Positions 12,066 through 24,200 of a DNA stretch of 64,000 bases are shown here, one piece after another. The stretch is from Balanoglossus misakiensis. Taxonomy: Eukaryota; Animalia; Hemichordata. Location of the stretch: assembly GCA_040954595.2 (NCBI GenBank), contig CM082592.2:6613531-6677530 (forward strand). Direction: 5' to 3'. The translations under genes were made by a program, and so were the position numbers. The first letter of the stretch is position 1. Each line of letters begins with the position of its first letter. The notes beneath the pieces were generated by a model. It searched no databases, was not told where the DNA came from, and saw only the letters and a program-made list of their open reading frames with translations.

Positions 12066-14155
12066 GGCATATTTTCCAGGTATCCATGCTGGAAGATTTG
12101 CAATTTATCCTGGAAAATGGAAGATACAGGCAGCACATATTGTCCAAGATTGACGTTGGAAATAGTCAAGACAGTTCATGTCCAGCGTGTGTAGTGGGAG
12201 AGGTGTCTTGCATAGTGATATTTTTAGAACAATAATATAGGACCGTTTGCACTATGTTACCCTTTTAGAATTGATATTATTTTATTTTTAACGGTGGTAC
12301 TGAGAGGTAACTCAAAGCTGAGAAATAGCAGCAATCACAAATTGCATCAAGGTGTTCAAAAGGTGAGTTGATGTGAGTTCTGTACGACAGTTAACGTTTA
12401 CTCCACACCCTTTGTAGCTACTTAAATTTCTTAGATAGTCATACTGTACAGGCATTATTATTGCATTTACTTATCCTGATAAAAATATATCAGTCACAGA
12501 AAGTTTTTGAAAGATATTATAGTTTTAAGCCAAAAGTGCTTACGATGTGAAAAATGTTTCAAACCTTGCCATTTCCATTTAAACTTCAGAAGATATTTAA
12601 TATTATTTTTTTAATTAGAATAACATATACGATGTAATTAGCTTCTGTCTATTGTAGATGATGGACTTGAAGGTGCTATTTCGTGACTTTTTTGCTGAAG
12701 AAAAAGTATAAACGTTTTTTAGATTTTTATAAAGAGATACATTGTTAAAAAGCACGAAGAAATAGCTAACCTTCTATTCGCATTGCCCACAGAGTGAAAA
12801 ATCAATCGCATTGACTTCTAAAACTCTATATCACATGTCCCGGCACCCAGGAAGGCTCTTTAGTTTATCAGTGTGGAAGGGCCCCGTAAAGGCGAGTTAG
12901 ACCCCACAAATAGGTCCAAACAATACAGCAATACCTTGCCACACTTCTATATGAGTGTTGCCTGAAAGTTACACCCACCCCAGTGCACTGGACATGTTAG
13001 TAGGATGTGACTGTTAAAACGCCTTGGCCCTTTTTCCGTATTTTAATCTTTCTTAAAGGCTTTCAAAGATCTTCACCCCAATATTATGAGTTCAATCATG
13101 TCATTATACATAGTGCCCTCTTTTCAACCCCCAGGTCACTACAATCATATTATTTTACTGAATTTTAAGTTATTTTCTCTAGCCATTGTCTCCTCATGAA
13201 AGTTATTGCTTGGCAGATTTTTTTAGCTCCTGGAGACAAGGGGGGACTTATATGGCTTTTAGGTGCATAAGCACAGCATATGGTTTTACATTGGATTACT
13301 TCACGACACAAAGTATGCCATAGAATATTGTTCTTGTGCCATGCGTGACCCAAATCAGATGGAGCATGTCTGAGTGATGGCCACAAGCTTGATAAATCTC
13401 ATCCTGACAGCCACATTGGATCAGATGGCAATGACAGACAGAAGTTACATGTATATTATGATAACACTAATGCAAAGTTAGGGTATGCATGTGTCTTACT
13501 ATCAATTTTCGTTCTATCTTGTCCTTATGCCCGGCGTCATTTCATTTGTGTCGCGTCAGTGTTTAGGTCAATTATGCTCGCCATATCTCATTTTAACTGT
13601 CTATATGTCCGTTGAAGTCAACCATGCCGAGCTTGCTATGATTTTAATTCAACCACGACGTCCAATGTTTACCGAGTATATGGATCCTATAGGGACTAGT
13701 ACATCCTTAACATTGACTTGTTAGTCATTTGTTTTTGTTTTGATTGCCGCAAATTATCCATGGTACAGATGCAGAGATGATCATCAGTGTTGGCCTTCTC
13801 TCGTTACTCACTCCACCCAAAATAACTTTGCCAGTAAGAAAGCTTTGTGGATTTGTGGGATTTGCCAAATGAAACATCAAGATTATCTGTCAAGCCATTT
13901 TACCTTCACACTGGATTCAAATGTTTTCAAAGCGTAGAATATATTTTGCAAGTTTTAGCTGTAGATCACCTTGCCGTAGACTTTTAGATTACATGTTAAA
14001 TATTGCCGTAAGGCTGTGCTGGCGTAGTATTATCTAGCTGTAGTTTTTTTTAGTGTACACCTTTTCATCGGCACTGCCACCCATGTCCAGTATTCGTCTC
14101 TTCTAACGGAACCCACATTTTATAATATTGTACCTGTGATCATGTTTATATATAC

Positions 14156-14161
14156 AATAAA
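14156..14161 (+). terminator. Candidate polyadenylation signal of MORC2 (implies a ~2.1-kb 3' UTR)
   Basis: AATAAA followed by GT-rich sequence (GCGTGTGCC..GTTTCTTGT). Position only, with no transcript data. Confidence 0.5.
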
Positions 14162-14412
14162 TGTAGGCAACAACAGTGTTCGAATATTGAAGCGTGTGCC
14201 GCGTTTCTTGTAGACATTTTGCCAGTTTTAGTGACATGTTATTCAACCTGTGTGCGTGATTTTCTTGTTACTGGAGTATGACGTCAATGGAAGATATGGA
14301 TTGGACGAAAAGGCCTTGTAGATGAAGTCGCACGTACGTAGGTATTCTTTGTTGTTATAGTTGAGATAAAATGTGAACGAAATCATCAAATGCATATCTT
14401 TCATTATGTCAC

Positions 14413-14418
14413 TTTATT
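14413..14418 (-). terminator. Candidate polyadenylation signal of the SEC14L gene
   Basis: TTTATT on + (AATAAA on -), ~750 nt past the stop codon, convergent with the MORC2 signal ~250 bp away. Confidence 0.45.
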
Positions 14419-15165
14419 ATACATGGACGTCAAACAAAAAATTTAATTTACAGATGATATTTTTAAATTACTAAAATAACCCAACTATACGAGCTATATA
14501 ATGTACATGTTATCGGAAACAAGTAAAATATACAGATTAGATTATACACTAACCGAAAGGCTGTGATTGTGCGCAACGTTCAACAGAAAATAATGCAATC
14601 AACTTAAAACTTTTAAAGCACAGCTTAAAATCAACTTTTTTTGTCCTCACAGAAGGAAAGTATATACACTTTATGAATTTTGACAGTCGATGCAACCACT
14701 TAAAGTATTTTATCGTATTTTAAAACTTGAACAGTTCCTTTTTCTCGACTCATAACCAATTTTAAACTTGCTGACTGCAATTTGCTGAAGTAGTGAGTTT
14801 TTACATCAAGAGAAATATTGCAACATATCTTGAACCAACGTCACTGCATCTGTCCTGTCATGTCTATAGACTGATACCCGTACAAATTCATGTGACCAAG
14901 ATGATGGAACCGAACCCAGCATTGCAACGTTCACATTGTTCTCATTTGAACTGCTATGTAAAAAAAAATCAACACTCAATCTTTGGGCAACATAAAAAAT
15001 AATCTTCTGAAATGCCATATGTTGTGTTTGGGTAAATACTGTTTCCCCACTGTCAAAAATGCAACGACCAGAAAAGTCACATTTAAAACTTCACCCAATC
15101 TTCTGGGTTGCAACCTCCATTTTATATTTAGTGGCTGTACGGCTTGAAAAGAATGCAATTCTTTT

Positions 15166-18100
15166 TTACAACTGCGTGGAAATGCCGTGAACAAGATCTA
15201 TGACTGTTGCATCATCGCCCAGCTGGTCTTCGATTTCTTTATCTGGTGGCAGCACCTCCACGAGATATTTGAGTTTCTTGCTCTTGATCCAACTGAAACT
15301 ATTGTCAAAGCGCACAACATCTGAGGGTAGAAGACAAAATACATGAGTTCGGTGATCTTATGTCTTATACATATGTACTCACTGACACTGTTTTGAAATG
15401 TCTCCCATACCTCATGACTGCAGTTTGCAGTTTGCTGCTGAACCATGAGATACAGGGCCAGATAGACATAGACATTGGATACCAAAATCAGAAGTTAGAG
15501 ACATGTATTTCGATTTGTAAACTTACAGTTTCCAGGTTCATCTATTCTGAAGGTGCCGTCTTCAAGGACGATGTTGCTCTTGCACCTACTCACAGGAAGC
15601 ACTTCCGCCAGACTGCTGTCCGCGTTCTTCTTGAAAATCCCAAAGGCGATATCTGCCCCTTCTGACTGGAATTCATAACTGGAGGAAAGCGTCACACATG
15701 AGCTGGTCATGAAGTGATTCAGAGGCCATCTTTTTTTTTTGGGGGGGGGGGGGGAGGGTATATCACATGACTACCAATCAAGAATGAACATAAAAACCCC
15801 TCAGTGCCTTAAATAGTTTTTTGTGTGTGACCTGCACGAGTGATGAAAATCTTGTGTAATATCGCTTTTAAGTTTGCAGTGGAACATGCTTGTTTACATC
15901 CAGGCATGTGATTTCTAACAAATCACATGTTCTTCATGTGTCACTAACCGTATATGAGAGCCAGGTTCCGTGACCGAGTAATCTAAATCTAAAATGGCAC
16001 CCCGAGCAATGGTGGCTGTCTCCATGATATCCTCGTCGATATGCTTGTCCTTAAGGTAGTAAGATTCCGGAATTTTACCTCCGTAGCACACCTTATAACA
16101 AACGAAAAGGAAAAATCCTTCAAGTAAAGTTCCTCTAATTGTACATATATTGGAATGGCACATTAGCAAGTGCCAGGTAATACCGTATGATGAATCTTAC
16201 CAATACTGCATTTGATCTGACACCATTAGTTGTAAAGATTTGCCAGAAGATTTCAATTTTATAACCTTTCCACCAATCCATGTACTAGTAGTTGATTGCA
16301 AAGATGTTAATGTTTACCTTTGTCTTGTACCTGGGATCACCATCTTCGTCTTTGAGGGTGCCACCAAAATGTTCCGGCAGCTGATCAGCATCTATGTGCT
16401 TTAATAATTCCTCTTTGAAATTGCCTATCATGAAAATAAGTCCATTATTATGCATTGATATCTCATATTCCACTTATTGAGATTGCAAAGTACATTAGTG
16501 GTGATTGGGTTCTTTTAAGGTGGAAAGTGTTTTCTGGACCGAATGAAGAAAAATATTTGCTAATATACATTAAATATCAATGATATTTCAGCAGTTTTCT
16601 GTAGTGCAAAGTAGACCGTTTATACTGCAACAAGATGAACTTACTTCCAAGTATGTACACTTTCTTCTTGGTGTCTTCACTCAAGAATGGTTTGACCATG
16701 TTGTACCCAACCGAGAAAAATCTTGGTGCTAGCAAAAACAGAAAAAAAGATTGTTTCATATTTTGCCTTAGACTGAGATATGTTGGTGATGTGACACTAA
16801 TATGTTAAGTAAAACCACATATAACAACATTAGACTTGTAGAGTATTGTGAAATTGATGAGTGAAATCACAATGTATTTCTAGTATTTGACAGACAGCCA
16901 GCAGATGATTGCCTTAACCCTTTGAATGGGGGACTGTAGATAGACACTACACATCCTAATTAGTCATTGTGTAAACTGAGAATATCATGGGTATCAAATT
17001 ACCTCTAGTTATGAAACATTTGTCCAGCGCTTCGGGATAATTGGCTTCGAATATGGCCAACACCTGGCCATAGAGATCAATAAATGGCTTCCATATATGG
17101 TGTATTGTCACGTTCTCCAAATCAAAGATGACGACACACCTGTCCACTCGTTTGCCAAGCTGAAACAGAAATACGACATTAAGGAAGTTGTCATTTATTT
17201 TTTGCAAGGAGTAAAAATTGGCATGTAATGCTTAACCCTATCACCCCCAGTTACCTCTTCAGAGGTCCAACCTTACCATAGAAAACAATAGGCTCAGACT
17301 GAACCATAGTGGTGAAAGGGTTAAATATATCCACAAAATGTTACTGACCTTTTTTGTCTGTTCAGCACATGTTCTGTGAACCTTCTCAGATAACACTAAT
17401 TTGGATTTCACTATATCCGACGACTTTGATGAGTAAATAATTCCTTTGGGGTCTATGTTACCAAACGGGTCGATCCAAATTGGGGAGCCATTTTTGGCAA
17501 AGCCACAAAGACCACCTACAAAGTATTTCTCAATGACCTACATGATGTAAAAAAATGTGCTCTAATTAAAAAACAACAACAGATTAAAGCAGGTTCTTTT
17601 GCAACATATTATACTGATTTTGTTTGGCAGTATTTCAACAAATTTGCTTGATTTTGCATATTCTCTCTCTCTCTGTCTCTCTTCCTCTCACCTCAGGGTC
17701 TTGCCAGGTCTTGCATAATTCATCAAGTCTCATCTTCTTCTTATAGTCATGTGACTAAAATAACAACAGGGTCATAAATTGAGTACATGCCACAAACGTG
17801 TCCAAGTTGTCAGGATTAAAACGTGCATGGTCTTTAACGTTTTAATAAAAAACACATAGGACACTAAATGTCAAAGTAAATTTCAAAATAAACTTTGACT
17901 GTTTGACCCATGTAGTATGAAAGAGCAAGGTTGGTCAATTTGGATGCTGGAGCGCCATCTAGTGGTGACTGTGGGTGTTTGAGCGCGAGGAAACGTCATC
18001 CTGATTTTTCAGGCACATACCAGTACTTACATTTCTGATCATTTTTTCTGCTTTTCCAACGTCCCAGTGTCTGGCTGCAGTAGAAATAATAAAACTAAAC

Positions 18101-19097
18101 TTGTTAGATCACAATGGCCACATTTTGTATCCCAAGGCAGAATGCCGGTAAAGGGTTGGGTTTGTCCAGGTGGTTTCATGCGCAGATTTGCCAGATACAT
18201 GATTTGGCACGCCATGTCTTGATTTGAAGTGAGAGTGCCAACTCAGTAGCTGAAAATGAGCTTTTCTCACTTAATAGGCCGGAGGGAGATTCACTTTCTA
18301 AAATATACACCCGGGTCAGTGTAAAGGTCTTGAGTTTGAATAGGTCATAAGTCATACCTCTTAGCCACCTCAACAAATAGGCATCGTCATGATCAGGTTG
18401 TATCACATCTGCGATATTTTCTTTAAACTGGAGCGAAAAGAAACGAAATTGGGATGTTTTCAACAGTGGACATCCAAGGTTGCATGGAAACTAATGAATA
18501 ATTCAGTGAGCAATTTTCAGGTGAGTGACAGCCGAGTGGGAGGTGACAACAAAGTTACTTTGTTATCATGAAGAAAAGGGACTTTAGACGGACATATCAG
18601 TGTACTTTAGAGTTTAACTATACTCCTACTCCATATCAATGTACACATGTATAAAATATTAACCAAATATCAACATACTGACTTTAGAGATACCCGAACC
18701 AAAAAGTATATCACCTATTTTTTGGCAACGAAACCCAGTTGCACCAGAAACACAGATATGAAAAAGAGAGATTTGTATTTAAGATATTCGTGATGTTTAC
18801 AAGCATTTAATTGCCACATCAACGTTGTGATGGCTGTCAAGATTTCTCTGTAGATTTTAAAATACATTAACTTTCACCCCTGGTATAATCTATGCGCCAA
18901 CCTTTTGTTATTGTTGACAAACGCATTCCAGTTTGGACTTTAAACAAAAACAAATAACACTGTAGATATGGGTGATGTAGTATGTTTTTGTTTCATCATA
19001 TGTAAAATTGATTTTCTGTTATCAACAATAGATTCCAATTTACCTTTTCAAATGCCTTCTCCTGTTTTGGACTCAGATCACCCACGTATCCACTCAT
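15166..19097 (-). CDS. SEC14L2: SEC14-like lipid-binding protein (SEC14L2/3/4 family; CRAL-TRIO + GOLD), 11 coding exons, 405 aa
   Basis: Exons (-) 19097-19044, 18427-18358, 18074-18031, 17754-17692, 17537-17349, 17159-17003, 16728-16645, 16424-16318, 16091-15949, 15678-15527, 15320-15166 sum to 1218 nt. Start MSGYVGDLSPKQEKAFEKFKENIADV (cf. SEC14L2 MSGRVGDLSP), then DDAYLLRWLRAR, FEANYPEAL, KPFLSEDTKKKV, DQLPEHFGGT and the GOLD motif YVVRFDNSFSW. The symbol is a family-level call; the exact vertebrate paralog cannot be assigned. Confidence 0.93.
17232..17324 (+). mobile_element. Intact ~90-bp piggyBac-like MITE with TTAA target-site duplication (SEC14L intron)
   Basis: TTAA-CCCTATCACC ... 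GGTGAAAGGG-TTAA: a 10-bp TIR with one mismatch, starting CCC and flanked by TTAA. Confidence 0.75.
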
Positions 19098-19489
19098 GTT
19101 GATAGATGGGATAGGTCTTTATATTAAGTTTCTGAAAAAGGAAAGAAAGACTAGATGTGTAAGAAATCACTGACATACCTTAGGGGCTGTCTTTTATCGA
19201 AACATGCCCATGGTCAATTATGAGCGTATGAAAGGTGACCAAAGATATGAAATATGACAAATCACATGATAATAACATCAATCACAGTTGTACCTTACAA
19301 TCACAACAAACGTCGTCTCACTCTAACCGGGACCATGGTTTAAGCATAGACATTCTACTGTCTAGTCCAAGTGAGGTAACTTTGGTTAACCTCATCAATC
19401 CAACTTTGTGTCATGTGACCATGGGTAGAGCATTTAATAGTTAAGTTTTAAATAGTGAAAAATCAATCACAGAACCTGGAGCGTCCTGC

Positions 19490-19990
19490 TGAACCAATAG
19501 TATAATAAACAGACGAACCTTCTAAAGTTTAAGCCTGAGAGTGCATACGCCCCTGTAACACATTAACACATCATGATCACACCACCTGGAGATTTTACTG
19601 TCTATTTAGAAACCATGGCATCTGTCTGACAACAACGATCACACTGTGTCACCACCTGTGGTGTCACGTGGTGGCGTGATTATACGTGAACCAACTAGCT
19701 GTTCGCCTACGCAGCGGCCGGTGCAGCTGGCCTGAGTTGACCTAGATCTGGGTATACAAACACACCACTTTACGGCAATTGGAGAATCAAGTCTCCTTGT
19801 ATGTCCCCTTTTCGTTTTAACTTGTTTCTTGTTTAGGGCAAATCCTATAGAAACGCCATGGACAGATCCTTTAAAATACCACCCCACCCCCGAATTACAA
19901 ATATTTCAGATGGGAATTGGTTCGAAAACCTAAAGCTGGAAAATAGCATACCATTTAACGGCACAAAAAAGAAAATGGCAGAGATACATC
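19490..19990. promoter_or_regulatory. Divergent promoter region shared by SEC14L (-) and MTO1 (+)
   Basis: Head-to-head genes, CCAAT at 19494, ATCACNCCAC motifs at 19576 and 19671 (reverse), E-box GTCACGTG at 19663, YY1-like AAAATGGC near 19972, and locally higher CpG. TSS positions are not determined. Confidence 0.55.
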
Positions 19991-20097
19991 ACGTCGTGAC
20001 ACTTTGAACACGTTGAGATTTCGGTAACGTGTGATTTCGTTTAATTTATGGAGTGGCCCAGTACAGTGAAGCGGTGGCTGCGCCGCACTGAAGTTGC

Positions 20098-20257
20098 TCC
20101 GACTCCTAGTATAGCCCTGCGCCAGGTCTATGTGTTCCCGTCGTTACACGGCCTCCGCGATGGAGGCCGCGGCCGTGTAGAACGCCGGGAACACACAGAC
20201 ATGTACCGCACAGGGCTACTCCGCCTTCTAGTTCATGTAGTTCAGTTGGGAGTTGGA
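20098..20257. other. Long imperfect GC-rich inverted repeat (fold-back) upstream of MTO1
   Basis: Arms 20112-20122/20208-20218, 20126-20140/20186-20200, 20145-20153/20171-20179, inner 20150-20156/20162-20168, outer 20098-20107/20248-20257. The inverted repeat is seen directly; its function is unknown. Confidence 0.8.
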
Positions 20258-21278
20258 AATCTGCGCGACAAGGCCGTGCTCGTGTGTTCGAACATGTACA
20301 TGATTAAAAGCACCTGTGGTCTCCAGACCAAGTTGCTACGTACACCAAAACTGTGTGTTTTGGTATGTGTACACTAACAGTACAGACTAGCATTTAAGCT
20401 CATGGCAATTTGCAGCCCAGAAGAAACATAGGGACTGTGATTGGCGGTTGCGCATATCGCACAGCCGGTAAGGGCAGGACCATTTGATATGGTGGGGGGG
20501 GGGGGTCCTGGAGAAAAGGTGGAGAATGCTTTAAAGACTTGCACATTGCTTTGTTGATTGATGAATGGTCTTGAGGGACAAGTTAAGTCCTTCCAGACTA
20601 AGACTTATGATCTGGAGGAACTTTTTTAGAAATTAATAAAACACAGCTGATCTGTTGGAAACTTGGTTCTAATCTGTGTGATATACTGCTATGTACCACT
20701 ACACCAATATGTAGATTCTTTGATAAATTTCAATGGCCAACAGTTATCATTAGTCTTTATGTATTTCCCTCCTAACATAAGCATCCATCCCTCCAAAGCA
20801 ATGGTATAGTCTTCCCAATTAGCAGACTGCCCTCCTGAACTGCAGGTTAACAGACCAAGTAACTTTATGTAATAAATAGAGCCAGTGGACTCTGGAGCCA
20901 GATTGATGAGATTAAAAGCATGATGTACATTCTTTTTTTTGTTTCATTGTACTAGAAAAAACTACCACTGAGTGAGAAAGTCAAACCCTAACCTTTTCAA
21001 CTGTATTCTTTTCAATTCTGGTGCCTTCTGCACAACATTGTTAATTATACTGAACTTCAAAATTTTTTTCTGATATTTTCCATCGCATTTGCCTTTAGAT
21101 CGTCACTTTGTCAGCAGACTATGTTGACTATGCACACTTATTATTAGTACAGTACAGTAATCCTTTGAGAAAAATTTGTTTAGTCTAACTTGGTGATGCA
21201 GTGCAATTGGGAGAAAAAAAATTCTGAAAGTGTTCTTAATCCTTCTCCAACAGGCTATGCAAGCGATAACTGGAGTGA

Positions 21279-24200
21279 ATGATGCTGCCTCATTTGAGAT
21301 CCCTCAGACGAACACCCTGGCTTCGAAGTTCCTGTCGCAAGTACTGCGGTATCAGTCCTGATGGCAAGACGTTTGATGTGATCGTTGTCGGTGGTGGCCA
21401 TGCTGGGTGCGAGGCTGCTGCCGCTGCAGCAAGGATGGGGGCTCAAACGCTGTTGCTAACGCACAAAATACAAACTATTGGTAAGTCTGGTATTTTCATC
21501 CGTTATCCCCATCAGTTTCTGGGCAGTTTTGCGAGGCATGTCAGCTTTTACTAAAATTAGTCAGAGATTGTAAACTTACCTGCAGAACACAGCAGATGTG
21601 TTCTAAACTCCACTATGCTGACCGAATGATTCAACCACGAGATGTAAATATATATAGACAAGATTTGGCACCAAAACCTCTTTGTCTACTTGGACGAAGT
21701 CCAGTGGGCCCTCAGCACTGCAAAGATTAGGTGCTGTCTGACAATCACCACCTCGGTCTCAGATATCTCCATAGCTTATTGTGCCAGCACATTTACAATA
21801 TATCGAATAATCTTATCAAAAGTTCAGGTGCATCATGATATTGCCAAGTGAATTTGTTTCATGATGTAATCATTTAACAGCCACCAGTGTGCAGTGTGTT
21901 TCATTTTCAAGGGGATATCTTTCAGAGAATATTTTATTTAAATGAGATGCTACAGTAGATTCTGCACTGTAGCAATTGACTGACTGTGTCATCAACAATG
22001 ACTTATTTAAACTGCCTATAAAGAGGCAATCTCCAATGATGATTCGCTGATGAAATGACATCATGCGTAATTCTTTGTTCATATGCCAGAAAATGTATCA
22101 TGACAGGTCAATGACCCCTGTTATTTGTTCTTGATCAGTTAGAATAAGTATCTATCATAAAGGTTGTAGGTCTACGTTTGAGGCTATGATATACTTTTGA
22201 CCTTTTCACGCTTACAGGTGAGATGTCATGTAATCCCTCATTTGGCGGCGTTGGAAAAGGACACTTGATGAAGGAAATTGATGCTTTAGATGGTTTGTGT
22301 GGGAGACTATGTGGTAAGTGGCTATGGTTTGGTCCAAATCCATTATTTTCTATGGTAAAACTGGACCTCTACAGTTGGAAATAGGGGTGGAAGCTTAGCT
22401 AGGGGTCATAAGTGGTTTGATCCCTACAAAGTCTAAAGGATTCAAATGACACAACCCAAATTAGAATTTCCCTCCTCTTTCAGACAAGGCAGGCATCCAC
22501 TACAAAATGCTAAACAGAAGCAAAGGACCAGCTGTCTGGGTAAGAAAGTTGACTTTTATCCACTCACAGCAATGTGCATAAAAGATGTTTGTTTTCTGTT
22601 GGTTGATACAAAATCAAGGTTTGGTGTCAATATTACCCATATTGGCAGAATAATTGGATATTCTCACAATCTGAATCTGAATAAAAAGTTTAATTTTCAA
22701 TGGTTACCTTGCTGGGTATAATTCTCCTGTTGACAGCTAACACAAACAGCACAGAACCAAAAAGTAAAGACCAATTAAGCCTGTATAGAAGATTGTAAAA
22801 GTGTTGATATTCCACAAAAGTAAATTCCACAATGTCAATAAACCAGACTTAATTTGGGCAATGCAGTACATATACATGTAGTTGGGAATTACTAAATCCA
22901 AACAAAGACAAACTCCTGTAGAACAGCTATTTGTTGCAAGTAACAGACAAGAAAATAATGTGAACAGATCATGCAAACTCCACATGTCACTGCTACAGGG
23001 TCCAAGGGCGCAGATTGACAGGGATCTCTACAGGCAGTACATGCAAGACGAAATCTTGAACACAAAGAACCTGACAGTGAAAGCAGCACCAGTTGAAGAT
23101 TTTATCATCGAGGAAACCAACTTAGTAGAGAGTACGGCCGACAGAATTTGCAGAGGTGTTGTCACAGGTATGCGATGAGCACATTTGGGTGTTTGATCCT
23201 AAGTATCTGTTGATAATGTGAGCAGCAACCTATGGATAATAATAATGTACTGTTTTGCCGAAACTTCAAGTTATATGATCATAGCAAGAAAGTTGCCATG
23301 ATATTGTTAAAATGGCAGGGACCAAGTTCACATTGGTTTGTTGACCATTTGCATCTGTTTCTCAGATGTGCAGTCTTTTCTGGGACATTAAGAACCGTGC
23401 ACTGTGACTAAAAACCACTTTTTGTTCTCTTTCAGATGATGGCACGTCCATCTTTGGCAGAGCGGTCGTTCTGACTACGGGGACGTTTCTCAGGGGAGAA
23501 ATTCACATCGGAATGGAGAGCAGACCCGCTGGTCGTCTTGGTGATCAGCCGTCCATTGGATTGGCCAAGACCTTAGAAGACGCAGGATTCCAAGTTGGCC
23601 GATTGAAAACAGGTGAATATAAAATTGATGTTTTTGAACCATTGCCTTTTTTCGGCCTTCGATTTTTCTGGAAACCCATGCTGTGGTAGAATAGACCTGG
23701 ATTATACCGAATGGCGGTAAAAACAAATTTCCCTGCAGGTACCCCTCCCAGACTGGACGGCAGAACGATCAATCTCCGTGAAACAGAACGCCACGAGGCA
23801 GACAATCCTCCGTTGCCGTTTTCATTCATCACCGACAAAGTCCAAATCAAGGTCAGTCGACTATACACTCTTGAAAAGTGCACAAAAACTGAAAAACGAT
23901 GATGCACGCTGACAGTAAATTTGGTAAAGGTTCCAGGTGATGTAACAGTGTCTGATTCTTGCAGGCAGAAGATCAGATACCCTGTTACCTGACCCATACC
24001 ACCCTGACTGTTGATAAGATTGTGCTGGACAACATGCATCTCAACAGACATGTGACAGAAGAAGTGAACGGTCCAAGGTGTGCTGTTTTTCTCAGATTTC
24101 AGGCATGACAGTGTCCACAAAAATAGATTAAAAGCAGAAAGAAATTCCTGCTCACTATATCACTTTAAACAAATTCAATAGTTTAATTTTCTCCTTGTAG

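Noticed and set aside
12840-13030. Possible SINE remnant in the MORC2 3' UTR
   Set aside because: This was only a compositional impression, with no diagnostic motif or second copy.
15741-15760. Poly-G runs here and at ~20495, 28492, 38945, 41797, 46628 and 51015 as G-quadruplex elements
   Set aside because: They are simple homopolymers common in such genomes and prone to sequencing length error, with no positional pattern.
16092-16094. AAG splice acceptor in SEC14L
   Set aside because: It is less common than YAG but a normal AG acceptor that keeps the frame, so it is not noteworthy.
20040-20300. Identification of the fold-back as a known RNA (7SK, SRP, RNase P/MRP, U3, U11/U12)
   Set aside because: None of the diagnostic conserved motifs I know for those families is present, so it is kept as an unidentified structure.
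20983-21120. AAACCCTAACC resembling a telomerase RNA template, with a later T-run and TGTCAGC
   Set aside because: No A-rich pseudoknot strand or H/ACA domain is recognisable. The AT-rich intronic context makes a chance match likely.
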